Assembly (NCBI GenBank): GCA_032718475.1
Contig: JAUCBJ010008254.1
Coordinates: 33,070 to 97,069 of the forward strand
Reading direction: 5' to 3'
DNA: 64,000 bases
Source: Nemertoderma westbladi
Taxonomy: Eukaryota; Animalia; Xenacoelomorpha
Part shown: positions 11,633-25,215 of the stretch, one piece after another
Position numbering within the stretch: position 1 is the first letter of the stretch
Layout of the letters: the number at the start of each line of letters is the position of its first letter
Notes under the pieces: model-generated
The model's input: only the letters and a program-made list of their open reading frames with translations
Told to the model about the DNA's origin: nothing
Databases searched by the model: none
Translations under genes and position numbers: made by a program

Positions 11633-12703
11633 TGAGAAGTGGCAACGGATGATGCGGTTAGAGATTTGGTCTATTTTGTCCAATGCTGCATGTGCAGTTG
11701 GATTCATCAATAGACCAATTCCACCATTGCCACTATCATCTGCTGACGCGAGGGCGAGTCGCCAACCGCCCCCCATGTCCTTAATCAGAACCTCATCAGT
11801 CTGTCCAGTCTGCATTCGGTGCTCTTGAACACCCACTGTGCTAAGAGAAAGCTTATCTGCCAAGGCAGTCAGCTCACCTTGTCGCATTGGGGACCCGAGT
11901 GTTAGGGTGTTTACTGAGGCTAGTCTAGTGACTTGCCTCAGATTCACCAATGGCTTTGTTGGTCGGGGTGGAACATGAGAGTAGCCTCCAACTGCAGAAT
12001 CCCTCTCCCCATCACAATCTGGCCTCCCTTGTGACCCAGGGTTTGGGCCAGAAAGGTCATCAGGAAAGGGACTCAAAGAATTGTTGGCTGCTCTCTCTCC
12101 AGTAGGGGGTGAGACAGGCAGCCGGTCAGGAGTTAACTGACGCCTGTGAGGCCAATTGTGTCCGATAATTCCACTGGCCTCTAGTGGCCGGACCTCCGCA
12201 TTGCTAATGTAATCCATAGTGGGGGTTGGGGGGTGCTTTTTTGCCGAGTCAGCTCTCGGGGCAAATACCACACCCTGGTTTGCCATTCCACAGGGTGGGT
12301 GTCGCAATGGAGTCAGATATGAGGCCCATCACCCATATCTACTCTGGCGTACATGACCCACCATTGGCTGTTGCAGCTCATCTGCTGGGTCATGCCCTGT
12401 ACCCTTGCTGCCAGGTGCAGGTCGCAGTGAAGTGCCCTCAGAGTGGACATGAGAACACTCTACTCCTAACCAGCCATTGGTAGATCACCATCTGCCTGGT
12501 CAGGCCATATACCCCTGCAGCCAAGTATATGGGTCCTTAATCCAGGACCAAGGGCGCCCTTATCCCAGAACGATGGGGGTCCTAGTTACAGGACCAGATT
12601 TGCCCTAGTAAGAGGGTCTATGCAGCTACAGGTGGCACCTCCTTTATGCTGCATGGAGGTGGCAAGTTTTCTTGATCAATGACCTAGAAGACCTGACCTG
12701 ACC
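11633..12703 (-). mobile_element. RTE-clade LINE 5' portion (5'UTR plus N-terminal APE endonuclease), interrupted by element A
   Basis: RLASVNTLTL, VGVQEHR, GNGGIGLLM and ISNRIIRCHFS are typical RTE APE motifs. The translation loses similarity at the A LTR end. Confidence 0.85.
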
Positions 12704-15420
12704 TGTATAGGGTTAAACCGGGACGATGATACGGTTGAATGGCGATATTAGATGTCCGCGTCTCAATCCGACTAGGTAAGATGGGCGAATATTTAGGGAG
12801 CCCACAACCGGAGTGCCACGGACTAATTGTTCGGGTAACACTAGATCTTTGAACAGTGAGTATAGTTCGGGAGGATCCGTGATACTAATAGGATCAAGAG
12901 TCTGAGGTCTCACTAGGGAGTGAGGAAGTCTGACCGAGTATTCCGGAACTTTGATCATAGGTTTATTTAAGGATCGTTTGAGTCGAGCGAGCGTAGGTGA
13001 TACATCGAACAAGTTTCGCTCGAAACTCCCGTAAATATAGCGAGTAAAACTGTATTTAGAGCAACGTATCCGCGGATGTTTATGTCTTTCCGTTTGTTGG
13101 TTGGGTCTTGGGCATTCGTCGCAATAATACCAAAGACGCACATCTTGTAGGGGAAATGCGGGTGATATTTATTCGGTTTTACAATGTTTCTCTCAAGAAT
13201 TCCAAATATACGTTGGAGTTACTGCGTTTATCCAGTTCTTTAACGTCCTCTCTTTCGAGTCGATTTCGAATAGAATTTTCGCATTCGATTTTCAGTTTAT
13301 CGTTCCGACTCCGCTGGGTAGGATATTTAAATAGTACCATTTCCCTTTCGGTGTCGACATCATCCGTATCGTGTAGATCGATAGGATGACCAGTAGTTAA
13401 GAAGTCCATATGCGTACCATTACGATGCGTATAGCGAGCGGTGAACTTTCGATAGTCCAATTCACGCGTAAGTTGCTCCTGGGACATTGGCGGTTCGATA
13501 TAACGACCATCGTCTTATGTAGTAGTTGGACTAGCGTCGCCGCGTATCAAGCTATCAACAAACGCTTGTAAAGGTAGAGTATATCGCTCCCTGATACCAA
13601 GATCATCTTCTATCAACTCAGTCATAGCTGCTATATGAGTTTATCAATATTATAATGAGTTTATAATTAGGCTAGCGGGTGTCGCTGCCTACCCCTCTCG
13701 GCCCCCGGACAGTGCAAGATCCTCAGCGCCGATGTACCGTCGTCGCTGTGCCTATCGCCAACATAGTAGCTGCACAACGACAACAACAACCAGCATGAGT
13801 CACTCCACTGTCCGTCCCAAAGGCTTAGATTTACTTCAGGTTCTTACTGCAGAGTTAGGGCTACTTTCACAATTGCGACTCGCTACTGTAAACACACTTT
13901 AGTAGTAACATTCACCTATAAACGCACAAATTCCACACAACTGTCACAAACCGCACACATTCGGGCCATTTGTCCGTTAGTCAAGTGCCTTCCAGAATGC
14001 CATGTTATTATTGGGTATCCTTGGATACTAGCAGTGTGCTATTTATTCCTTATGCTATTCAATGGGACAAGCCTTGATTGTTCTTTTAACTCACTTCTAA
14101 TTCTAGCGTGGTTGTTCCATGGTGACATTATGGAAAGCTAGCAGTAGAATTAGGGTAATTCCCATGCATACAGATCTGGGATGCTATTTAATAGTAATTC
14201 TTTAATTGTCAATATTCCTCTTTATACATGATTTTATGAATTTTATCGGCTATTGACTATATATTGGAGATTCTCGCACACCAACACACTCAATAGGGTG
14301 AATCTCCGCTCCCATGATCTATTAATTAATGGACTTTTGGGAATATTATAAATTGTATAAAATGACAATTTATCAAAAATTCATTAAAAGATATGAATTT
14401 AAATTTATTCCCGTAAATTTTATTATTTAATATTAAATAGACACAATTTTATTCCAGAGCATGTCTGGGGACTAGGATCCTGAATTCTAGGAAATTTGTC
14501 CTTTTAAGAGTATCGGTAAGTGCTACGATATCTTAATCGACTAGAATTTTAAAGGATCTAAATTTGAACAGATTTTGATTTATAGATTTTCTAGAGTTAA
14601 CTTGTAAGTATTTACTCTATTGTATTTGTTTGACAGATTTTATAAATATTAATGGTTAATATTTAAGATGGGCACCGGTTTATTCCAGAACTTGTCTGGG
14701 GACGTTAACCACTGATTCTAGAAATTTGTCTTTCAAGTATATCGGTGGGTGCCGCGATATCTTAATCGACTAGAATTACAGATGGTCAAAGGGTTTAACA
14801 GATTGATTTTGCGTTTTACGCTACTGTTAAAGGGACATCACGCTACTATATGTATTATTTAATATACGGTATGAGAGCAATATTGCAAGAAACAATGTCA
14901 GTGAGAAGAGGCAAGTCGTTTCCAAGGTCTACCCAGAGCTTGGTTTAGCCGAGACACGAGGATCTGAATTTTGCATTCCTAATACTCTACTTACCAATAA
15001 TACTTGAATATAGTAGGAGCTTTATTGTACTTTAATAAGTACGGACATTTCATCTTACTGTAGTCACGTATTTATAATATGATACGGACAGTAAGGAAAG
15101 AGAAAAAGAATTATTTCTCGCCATCACACTAAATATATAATATATAAGTAATTAAATAATAAGACTAATATATATTGCACTAATCTACTAGATAATCGCT
15201 AAAATAACATTCTACGAAATAAAATTAAAGAAAACGATTATAATAAAATTACATAATAATACATACAGAAATATTAAATAATAAAAACAAATATAAAATA
15301 ATATAGTCACACACCCACTCCAGACGCTGTTACGTTGGGGAGTCCCTAGATGTTTGTTGGATTAGGGATAGGGAGGTGGTCGTGGGAAGAGTATCTTGCC
15401 TTCCATAGTTTCCGGAGAGT
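12704..15420 (-). mobile_element. Second, diverged copy of the element C-family integrase tail and 3' region
   Basis: Colinear with ~16542-19171 along its whole length, with many substitutions. Confidence 0.88.
12713..13620 (-). pseudogene. Fragmented accessory ORF in the C-family 3' region (homologous copy at ~16100-17430); function unknown
   Basis: ORF pieces 13179-13487 and 12713-13141 match 17029-17271 and 16666-16848 (KFTARYTH.NG..MDFLT; FDV.P.L.RL.RS..KP.I.VPEYSV). Confidence 0.5.
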
Positions 15421-16028
15421 CCTCCATCGGGGTTATTTCTCGTTATTCCAAATATAATAATTCATCAACCATATTATGAAGAACCGACAGTAAATAGCAG
15501 TATAATAATATAAAAGTATGCACAGTGTTACACAGTATGCAGTGTGAACGGATATATGTCATCAGTTAAGTATGATAACGGATATATGTCCTTATAATTA
15601 AGCCTACTAGTGTAAGGCTAAAACAGAAAAGCACAAAATATTCCAAAGCCGCTCTCTCCTGGCTTAGGACAGAATGTAAACACTGCCCACAACGCATTGC
15701 GTGATTTCTAAGAAATTTATGTACAAGAACAGTAAAAATGCTCTGATTGGCTGACTGAACTAAGAGAGAACAAAGAAACAAAGAAATGTTCGACGTGGCA
15801 ATATCAGCTGTTAGCCGTCGTCATGGTAGCGACACTGTTTTCAAGAGTATCCAGCTATTGCGTCACGAAATTACGGATTATGTCCTTTAAAGTACTCATA
15901 CAGAAGAAATGACTTTTATGTCCTCTAAAACACCAGTACAGTAAGGACACGGCCCTTTTATGCCTGGTAAACCAACTACAGAGTACTTTACGGGAAAATA
16001 ACCGGCTAATTACGCAAAAGCTTTTACA
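15421..16028 (-). repeat. Truncated 3' LTR of element C
   Basis: Begins TGTAAAAG right after PPT-like GGGAGCGG (16029-16036). Homologous to 46170-46760. Confidence 0.8.
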
Positions 16029-19000
16029 CCGCTCCCAGAAAATGGGATTTAAGTCTATAAAATATAAAAATCACAGTTTCTAAAACATAAAGATACTCTA
16101 AACAGTTAGTTTTTCTTGCGCGGACGGCGTTCACGCAGTTTCCCGAGGCCAGCAAGAGTCCTTTTCTCTTTGGGGCGAGTCACTTTAATAGAAAGGCTAT
16201 AACTCCTGGGTAAAGGGTGCAATACAATTGCATTAGAAGGTTTGGGTTTACGGTCGGTGTCTCGTCCATTTCGATATGCTTCTCCTCGAGCTGATTTTCC
16301 TCCGCTTGTCATGGGATACGTTCGTCCAAAACTCTCGCAGAGAATAGGGTTTTCTAAGCTTGATATCTTCTTTGAGATTCGAGATTTCCCAATCGAACTG
16401 AGATAAGGCCAATTCGTTTATCGATTGGACTTACTGTTATAATTTACGTTTATCTGAACAAACGCAGGTTTCTTTTTTGATCTTTATAGAATAGCGTTTA
16501 ACTCGTTTCGTACAACGCTCTCCTTCACCTTGATGAAGGGTTGTATCGCGTTAAACGGGGACGACCATACGGTTGGATAGTGATATTAGGTGTCCGCGTC
16601 ACAATCCGGCTAGGTAAGATGGGCGGCTAGCTAGAAATCACTGTCGGAGTGTTACCGATTAATTGTTAGGGTAGCACTAGATCTTTGAACAGTGAATACA
16701 GTCCGCGAGGATCCGCGACACCACCAGGATCGCAGGTCTGAGGTCCAACTAAGGAATGAGGAGGTTTGACCGAGTATTCCGGGACTCTGATCGTAGGTTT
16801 ACTCCAGGATCGTTCGAGCCGAGTGAGCATAGGTGGTACGTCAAACAAGTTTCGCTCGAAACTCCAGTAAATATAACGAGCACAACTGTGTTTAACACAA
16901 CGCTTCCGTGGATGTTTATGTCTTTCCGTTTATTGGCTGGGTCTAGGGCATTTATCGTAATAATACCAAAGACGCACGTCTTGTAGGGGAAACGCGGATG
17001 ATATTTATTTGTTGTTACAATGCTTCTATCAAGAATTCCAAATATATGTTGGAGTTACCGCGTTTATTTGTTTCTTTAATGTCTTTTCTTTCGAGTCGAT
17101 TTCGAATAGGATTTTCGCATTAGAATTTTGGTTTATCGTTTCGACTCCTCTGGGTAGGATATGTTCGACATAGTCCGTATCGTGTAAATCGATAGAATGG
17201 TCAATGGTTAAGAAGTCCATATACATACCATTACAATGCGTGTAGCGAGCGGTGAATTTTCCATAGTCCAATTCACGCGTAAGTTACTTCCAGGAAATCG
17301 TAGGTTCGATATAACAACCATCATCCTTCGTAGTAGTTGGACTAGTATCACCGCGTATCAAGCTATCAACAAACGCTTGAAAGTAGATTATATCGCTCCC
17401 TGATACCAAGACCATCTTCTATCAACTCCGTCATATCTGCTATATATGAGTTTATTAATATTATAATGAGTTTATATTTAGGCCAGCGAGCGTCGCTGCC
17501 TACCCCAATCCGCCCCCGGACAGTGCGAGATCCTCAGCACCGATGTGTCGTCGCCGCTGTACTTTCGCCAACGAGGTAGCCGCACAACGACAACGACAAC
17601 CGGTACAAGTCACTCGACTGTCCGTCCCAAAGGCTTAGATACACCTCAGGTTCTTACTGGAGAGTTAGGGTTACTTTCACAATTGCGACTCGCTACTGTA
17701 AACACACCTTAGTAGTAACATTCGCCTATAAACTCACAAATACCACACACACAACTTGTCACAAATTACACACACTCGGGTCACTTGTCCGTTAGTCAAT
17801 GCCTTCCAGAATGTCACTGTATTATTATGTATCCTTGGATACTATCAGTGCACTATTTATTCCCTATGCTATTCAATGGGACAAGCTTTCTATTGTTCTT
17901 TTAACTCAATTCTAATTCTAGCGTGGTTGTTGCTATGGTGACATTATGTAAAGCTAGCGGTAGAATTAGGGTAATTCCAATGCATACAGATCTGGGATGT
18001 TATTTAATAGTAATTCTTTAATAGTCAATGTCCTGTTTTATACATGACTTTATGAATTTTATCGGCTATTGACTATGTTTGGGAGACTTTCGCACACTCA
18101 TACGCATAATAAGATAAATCTCCGCTCCCTTGATCTATTAATTAATGGAATTTTGGGAATGTTATAAATTGCGTAAAAATGGCAATTTATTAAATTCATT
18201 AAGAGACATGAATTTAAATTTATTCCCTGAAATTTTATTATTTGATAATTAAATTGACATATTTTGATTCTAGAACATGTCTGGGGACACAAGATCCTTA
18301 ATTCTATGACAATTGTCTTTTTAAGAATATCGGTAAATGCTACGATATCTTAATTGACTAGAATTGTTGAAGGATCTGAATTTTACAGATTTTGATTTAT
18401 TAGATTTGCAAATATTAAATAATTAATATTTGAGATGGGCACCGATTTATTCCAGAACTTGTCTGGGGACGTTAACCACTGATTCTAGAATTTGTCTTTC
18501 AAGTATATCGGTGGGTGCCGCGATATCTTAATCGACTAGAATTACAGATGGTCAAAGGGTTTAACAGATTTATTTTGCGTTATACGCTACTGTTAAAGGG
18601 ACATCATGCTACTATATGTATTATTTAATATACGGTATGAGAGCAATATCGCACGAAGCAATGTCAGTGTGAAGAGGCAAGTCGTTTCCAAGGTCTACCC
18701 AGAGCTTGGTTTAGCCGAGACACGAGGATCTGAACTTTGCATTCCTAATACTCTGCCTACCAATAATACTTGAATATAGTAGTGGCTTTATTGTACTTTA
18801 ATAAGTACAGACGTTTCATCTTACTGTAGTTACGTATTTATAGTATAATACGGACAGTAAGGAAAGATAAAAACACTTGTTTCTCACCGTCACACTAAAT
18901 ATAATATAAGTAATTACGTACGTAATAAACACGAATATATTGCACTATTCTACTAAATAATCGCTAAATAATATTCTACTAAATTAAATAAAACGATTAT

Positions 19001-19087
19001 AATAAAATTACATAGTAATACATACATAAATATAAAAATAATAAAATAATATAAAATAATAGAGTCACACGCCCACTCCGAACGATA

Positions 19088-21138
19088 TTAAGTTGGGGAG
19101 TCCCTAGATGTCGGTTGAATTAGGGAAGTGGTCGTGGGAAGAGTTTCTTGCCTTCCATAGTTTCCGGAGAGCTCTCTGTCTCTTTCCAGTAAACATAAAC
19201 GACCAACTGGGCGGTTGAGCTGCTGCGTCTCTAAGACAATTCCCGGTTTCTTAAAGTTACGTCGCATGACGACGAGTTCTACCGATCGCACCAAACCATC
19301 ATCCGAGATATGAGTCTCGATGATACGACCTGTCTGCCACTGCTTACGTGGAAGATCTGAATCCACAATAAGGACCATGTCTCCGGCGCTGACGTTTTCT
19401 TGCTGCGCAAACCACTTAGTTCGAAGTTGTAGCGTAGGCAGATAATGTTTTTCGAAATGGTCAGCGAAACGACGGGATAACAACTGCATAAGTTGCCAAG
19501 TTTGCCGGCAGTATTCGTCTCCGTCCGTGATTTCCGATCGTGGGAGCATGGCTACAGGTTTCTTCAGTAGGAAGTGCGCGGGTGTTAGCGCTTCCAGGGA
19601 ATCGGGACTCGATGAGACTGGCATAAGCGGTCTCTCATTGAGATAGGTGGCGATTTCCTCCATTAACGTCCGCAAAAGTTCATCGGTGAGATACGCGCGG
19701 CACGGCACTATAAAGTGAAATGCGGTCTTCACGCTCCTGATTAATCTCTCCCAACTTCCTCCCCACCAAGGGGCGTCGGCGGCGTTGAAGGTCCAGCTAG
19801 ACGCTGTTACCCTTAGCTGATCGTCCACCTGTCTTTGGTTCCAATCTTTGACATAAGCCTTGATTTCATTGTTGGCACCAATGAAGTTCGTTCCCTTATC
19901 AGATCTCATCGTGTTACTAGTTCCAAAGCGAGCGATCTGTCGGCGTAAGCTCAATAGGAAGCTATTGGTAGACAAATCGTTCACCATATCGAGATGGATA
20001 GCTCTACAAGTCATACAGACAAAGATGACACACCATCTCTTGACTATAGTCCTAGCACGATATACTTCAATAGGGCCAAATTAATCCACACTGGTATTAG
20101 TAAAGGGTGGTTCATAGAAGCTTACTCGTTCCCTAGGTAATTCTGCCTCTCGCTGTGTTAAAGGCCTACTGAATGCTTTCCTACAGGGTATGCAGTTCCT
20201 AAGAACTTGGTTCAGAGCTCTACGGGGTTTATGAAAATAATAGCGAGTTCGAATTTCGCTAAGAACTCGTTCTCTACCAGCATGGTAAAGCTTACTGTGA
20301 ACATCTACAATCATCTTGATTTGTATTTCAAGATTTCTAATGAGTATGGGAAATTTAGTGTCAAAGGATAATGGAGCATTAGTTAGTCTTCCTCCAACAC
20401 GTATCAACCCATCTATCATTGTGCTAGAGAAACGATCCCTTAAGCGCATCTGTGGATTTCTCAACAACAGGAAATACTTATCGGAATCCTCATAGCATTG
20501 CAGGAGTCTCAGTATCTGCTTATTGGTTTCTTCATGCTCCTGGTAGCTGATTTTCTCCTTCAGAAATCTTTCTGATATCTTGTATTTGGGAAGATCTTTA
20601 ACAACATGGACGTGCGCAGATGTCGGTGGAGCGGTATCACTAGCGATCTTCGTCCTGGAGTAGTGATGATGAAAACATCGCTTTAAATAAGCAACGGCCT
20701 TACAAAGCCGATTCCAGGAGCTATAGTGATGTATCGCTCCCTGCAGGAGTGGTGAGAGTCCCTGCGAGACGTCTGGCGTTCCAGATTTCCAATCTCTATC
20801 TCTGATTTCCACAACAGACTTATTTGTGGCGGGGGATTGTGGATCCAAAGCATCGTCTCCGGAAACGTGTAGTACAGACAGATCTATCGCGGGTTTAAAT
20901 AACTTCGATTTACTCGCCCGGGTTTTAGGTTTGACTTTCTCCGCTCCCTTGGCTTGTCTAATCTCAGCCGTGGTAAGGTGAGGAGGCCATTCATCCTCTT
21001 CCTTGCTTAGGAAGTCGGGTCCACCTAACCAGTCTGGAGTATCTATCAGTTCCTGTGGAGTGGCTCCTCTGGAGGCGATGTCGGCTGGATTAATCGTCCC
21101 GGGGCAATGTCTCCATTGATCTATCTTCGTACGACTAA
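19088..21138 (-). pseudogene. pol: Element C pol 3' part: RNase H tail and integrase
   Basis: QWRHCPGTINPADIASRG, H..LYHAG...CIPC, SVD*FGP (stop at 20081), SDKGTNF, GGSWERLIRSVK. Confidence 0.9.
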
Positions 21139-23288
21139 TGTTAAACAACCGCGACACCTATACTAACAGCAGAACTGTTGAACAGACAAATACCCGTATA
21201 CCTCTCTGCCAACCTAATGAGCTCTCGCCTAACCAATAAGACACAAAGACTGCTCTACTGTTAAGTAAAGGGGATCAGGAGCGTGCTATTACTAAATTGT
21301 AAGGGTTGCTAAATACAAAACCGCTACTTACCGTTGGATGGCGCTAATCTGCCGTCCGCTAATATATTTTACTAAATTTACACAACTCCTGCAAAATCGC
21401 TTGTTCCTTTCTCTACCGATCGCTCGATAGAGAGCTAACTGTTCGAATCTATGAGCCACGCGGGAATAACCAAAACAATAAACCCGAGTCGGCTCCCTAA
21501 GCTTACTTAAGACGAGTGCGAGGGGCTTTGCACTCAGAGTATTCTTACGCCTAATTTTACTACTGAAATACGCTAATGCTTACGTCTTTTCTAATCGCGA
21601 ATACTGGGGGTTCCCTAACGGAATGTGTGAATGCGAGAATATTTAAAATAATCAAAATTGGTACAGTACAATGTCTTTCGTAGGTGATACCGCTCTGGGT
21701 CTAAACTTGCCTGCAGCTGGCTTTAGGCCAGCAACTTACTAGTGTCTTGCGTACTGACTACTGCGATCTAGCTTATTGCCCGCTAATGCAAATAACCGCT
21801 TAGCGTGAATAGTTTACGGTACTCTAAATTATTACCTTAGCTACTCTCCGCTATGCTGCGTACTAATTCTTAATTTTACTAATTAATTACAGTCACAAAT
21901 ATGTAACAGCCTAAAATACTGTATTACTTTGACCTAATCAGTAATTATTTACGGTAAACTAAGAGATAGAATCAATCAAAGGGAAAAGAGCGCCTATCTA
22001 AGCATTCGTAATCATAGGCACACTTTAGTAACACACCAATCAGCGTCAGCAATCACAGATCACAATAGCACGACTTGCAATTATACAATCTGCAATTATA
22101 TAATTCGCAACATAATAATTCGCAATTGACTAATTCGCAATCTACTTACTCGCAACTTACTTACTGTAAGGTATGCAGGCCCCTCCCGGGTACATCTAGG
22201 CTTCCTAACTAACCCAATTCCTGCCCCCTAATACTAAATAGAGACAAAACCTTGGATCATCAGCCCCCTAATTACTGTACCGGCGAGCGGTCTCCAACCC
22301 ACAGTCCAAACTGCCCGACCGCAACGTTGACCCCCGCCAGCGTTGCCCGCTTTTGAATCCTCCGCTCTCCCTTAGTCGCTCAACCCCCCGATGTGCCCAC
22401 CGCCCACTGGCGCCTTAGCCCTCCATTATGCTAATAGCTACCGTAGCGGCGCATGCAAATCACAAAGTCTGACAGTCTCAGAAATCCCTTAGGATTATTG
22501 CGCAGAAAGGAATCACATAGAACCATTAATCAAAAGGTAGAAATCATAGTTCAGTTGTAATTAGCAGTAATCGAAGGAATTAATTGAGAAACACAATCAA
22601 AGATAATCGCACTAGCAAAGCATTTCAAGAAATTAATCAAATTTAGTAAATTGCAGAAAATACGCTAAAAATTGAATAGAGACAGCTCAGCAAGTACAAG
22701 GTGATAGCAGATCATGTGAGGTGATCATGTGAGGTTCTACCGGCACACCGCCAATTTATAGGTGATCCGGATGGGGTGATGCAATAGGGTGACGCAATCG
22801 CTCTCCTATTGGCTCTCCAGTCCGCGCTAGCATTAGACCAACCTGGAAGCAGTTAATCCAATAAGGAGGCCGGATTGTAGCCCTATGCCCTCAAATTATT
22901 ACCATATATGGTAATGGATCACGTCCCTGGCTGCTGAATGGCCAGGACGGCGTCCCTATATGCTAGCCCTATCAAACTAATATCAGCAAGCACAAAATCC
23001 AGGGTCCGAATAAACTCGCTACCCTGGAACTATCTACATATATCCTAATACAAAATTACGTAGGTAGGGCTACATACTATACAAAATGGATGGACTCAAA
23101 TATATGGGCGTTTTGATTTCCCTATCTAAATACCACTGCGTTATTATGCCTTATCTAAAATATCACGCTGCACAATGGACTAATATTACGTACAGTATAA
23201 CAGACTAATATTGCATACTGCACAACGGACTAATATTGCATACTGCATGATGACTAATAATATGGATACAGCGCCATATACCGTAACA
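21139..23288 (-). repeat. 3' LTR of element B (2150 bp)
   Basis: Near-identical to 35406-37555. Preceded on the sense strand by GGAGCGG (23289-23295). Confidence 0.97.
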
Positions 23289-24569
23289 CCGCTCCAAGGG
23301 AAATCATACAATGTTTCCCTCCAATTGTAGAAGAGTATAAGGTGATGTATACAAAACAAAATAAATTTCTTCCAACCAATCTAAATACTTGATACTATAA
23401 GTCCTACTATTTACAAATATTGCTATAGATATTGCATAATGAATTGCATACAAATTAAATTTACAAAATATTATCTCTCTCACTGTTTAACGATTATTAC
23501 ATACAAATTAAATTTACAAAATATTGTTTCTCGTTCATTCTACATAACGATTACTACATACAAATTAAATTTACAAAATATTACTTCCTTTATTTATTTA
23601 CAAATTAACGGTCTACATATTGAAATGGAACATGGCTAGGACAATGTCCCCCATTTCCCATCTCAATTAACGATCAACATTAACAAGATAAACTAAATAT
23701 AAACGTATTTGAGGCTAAATTTTTAACTAAATTGCATTAAAGGCCGATAATCAAACTAAATATAAAATACGTAATAATTTCTTTCATTTTCGGACTTTAC
23801 TTAATTTCTTATAAAAACGCAAATCATCTTGGTTTGATGATTGCTCAGGTAAGTGAAAGGAGTAAGCCAAACCCGCGGGTTTGTCTCCCCAATCACTTCC
23901 TTTGCCTCTTTCAATAAACTTTAGAGCAAATAAAGTCATATACACAAAATCAAATATAATATAGGCTCAAAATCATATTTCCAACGGACTATAAAGTAAA
24001 AGTATTTCCTTTCAATATTTTTCGGCTTTCGAAAATAAAATTCTAAAATATGGATACGACTAGTGTATATGAGTCCAGTCGAATGATTGATCAAAACCTA
24101 TGATATACATCAGAGCGACGATGATGTATATGTCTAGAGTTTGTCGCTCCGTGATATTATAGTCTCATCGGCTAGCTCCTGGGTCTCTCGGGCTCGCTCC
24201 CCTCTCCAGATACACCAGTCTACCCCCTGTAGACTCTGTTGACGGCGTCTTTGAGGCGCCACTTCCCGGAACCGGCGACGACGTTCCCTAGGCACCGACT
24301 ATCTCCCGACTGGTGCTCCTCCCTCGGCCTCGTCCCATTTGCCGTGTCCCTGTGGGCGCCTCCGCCAACTCCTTTTCTTCAACCGTAGAATAGAACTGCT
24401 CGTCCTTGGCTTGACGCTTGCCAAGGACTCCTCCTTCTGGTACTTGCCGCGAGCTGTGAGCTCCGGCTGTTGTCTCTGTGGGCGCGGCGGTCCTGATCCT
24501 CCACTCGTTCAGAGGTCAATGACCCCAAACGAGTCTCCTTAGGCCGCCAACTGTGCGCTGGGTAATAAA

Positions 24570-25215
24570 TCTAGACGTATATATCAGAGCGACGATGATA
24601 TATAAAGGATTGGACATATTCGGGCTTAATAATGCGTTCGTCGAAACTTCCCGAAATAATTTGGAGTAAATATCGTATAAACCGCGGATCGTGGGTATAG
24701 TTAGTAGACGGATGGACGGCGCGAATCTCGTCTGGATACTCAGGCGTGACCTTCCTTTCCTGGTGAAGCGAAGTGAACGTGGTCCAGGAACTCGAGTCCC
24801 GTACCGCTTCGCGCCGCGCCTCTAGGTCCTTATAGGCTCGGTATAGCGAAATGGCCGCCGCCGTGTCTATGCCGTGTCGAACAGGGTTTAATCTCCGTAT
24901 ACGGATCTAAAGTCGTAACGGTCGGCGCAATGGGTCTCGGAGGTCGCTTTCCGCTGAAGTCGATACTGATCATCGGGTAACCTCCCTCGTATATCTAAGG
25001 AACTGGTGAGCTTGACAACGCGTTAATATCGGTTCTGGATGTTGCTCATCTAGTCGGTCGGGAATCGTGGGTTTGTATTTCCCATTTAGCTCCATCACCG
25101 ACCGCCCATGGTAGTAAACGTTCGAATCTTTACATCCCGGTCGCGCGAATGGTAACTCCGCCTCCTCTCTGGCAGTAAATCCTCTGCGCGGTTGCGCTCT
25201 AATATCCTTCTCCAT
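24570..25215 (-). pseudogene. Fragmented accessory ORF in the 3' region of B; function unknown
   Basis: GC-rich, coding-like stretch. ORF 24970-25215 plus a downstream open frame (GIDTAAAISLYRAYKDLE...FIRYLLQIISGSFDERIIKPEYV). Confidence 0.35.
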
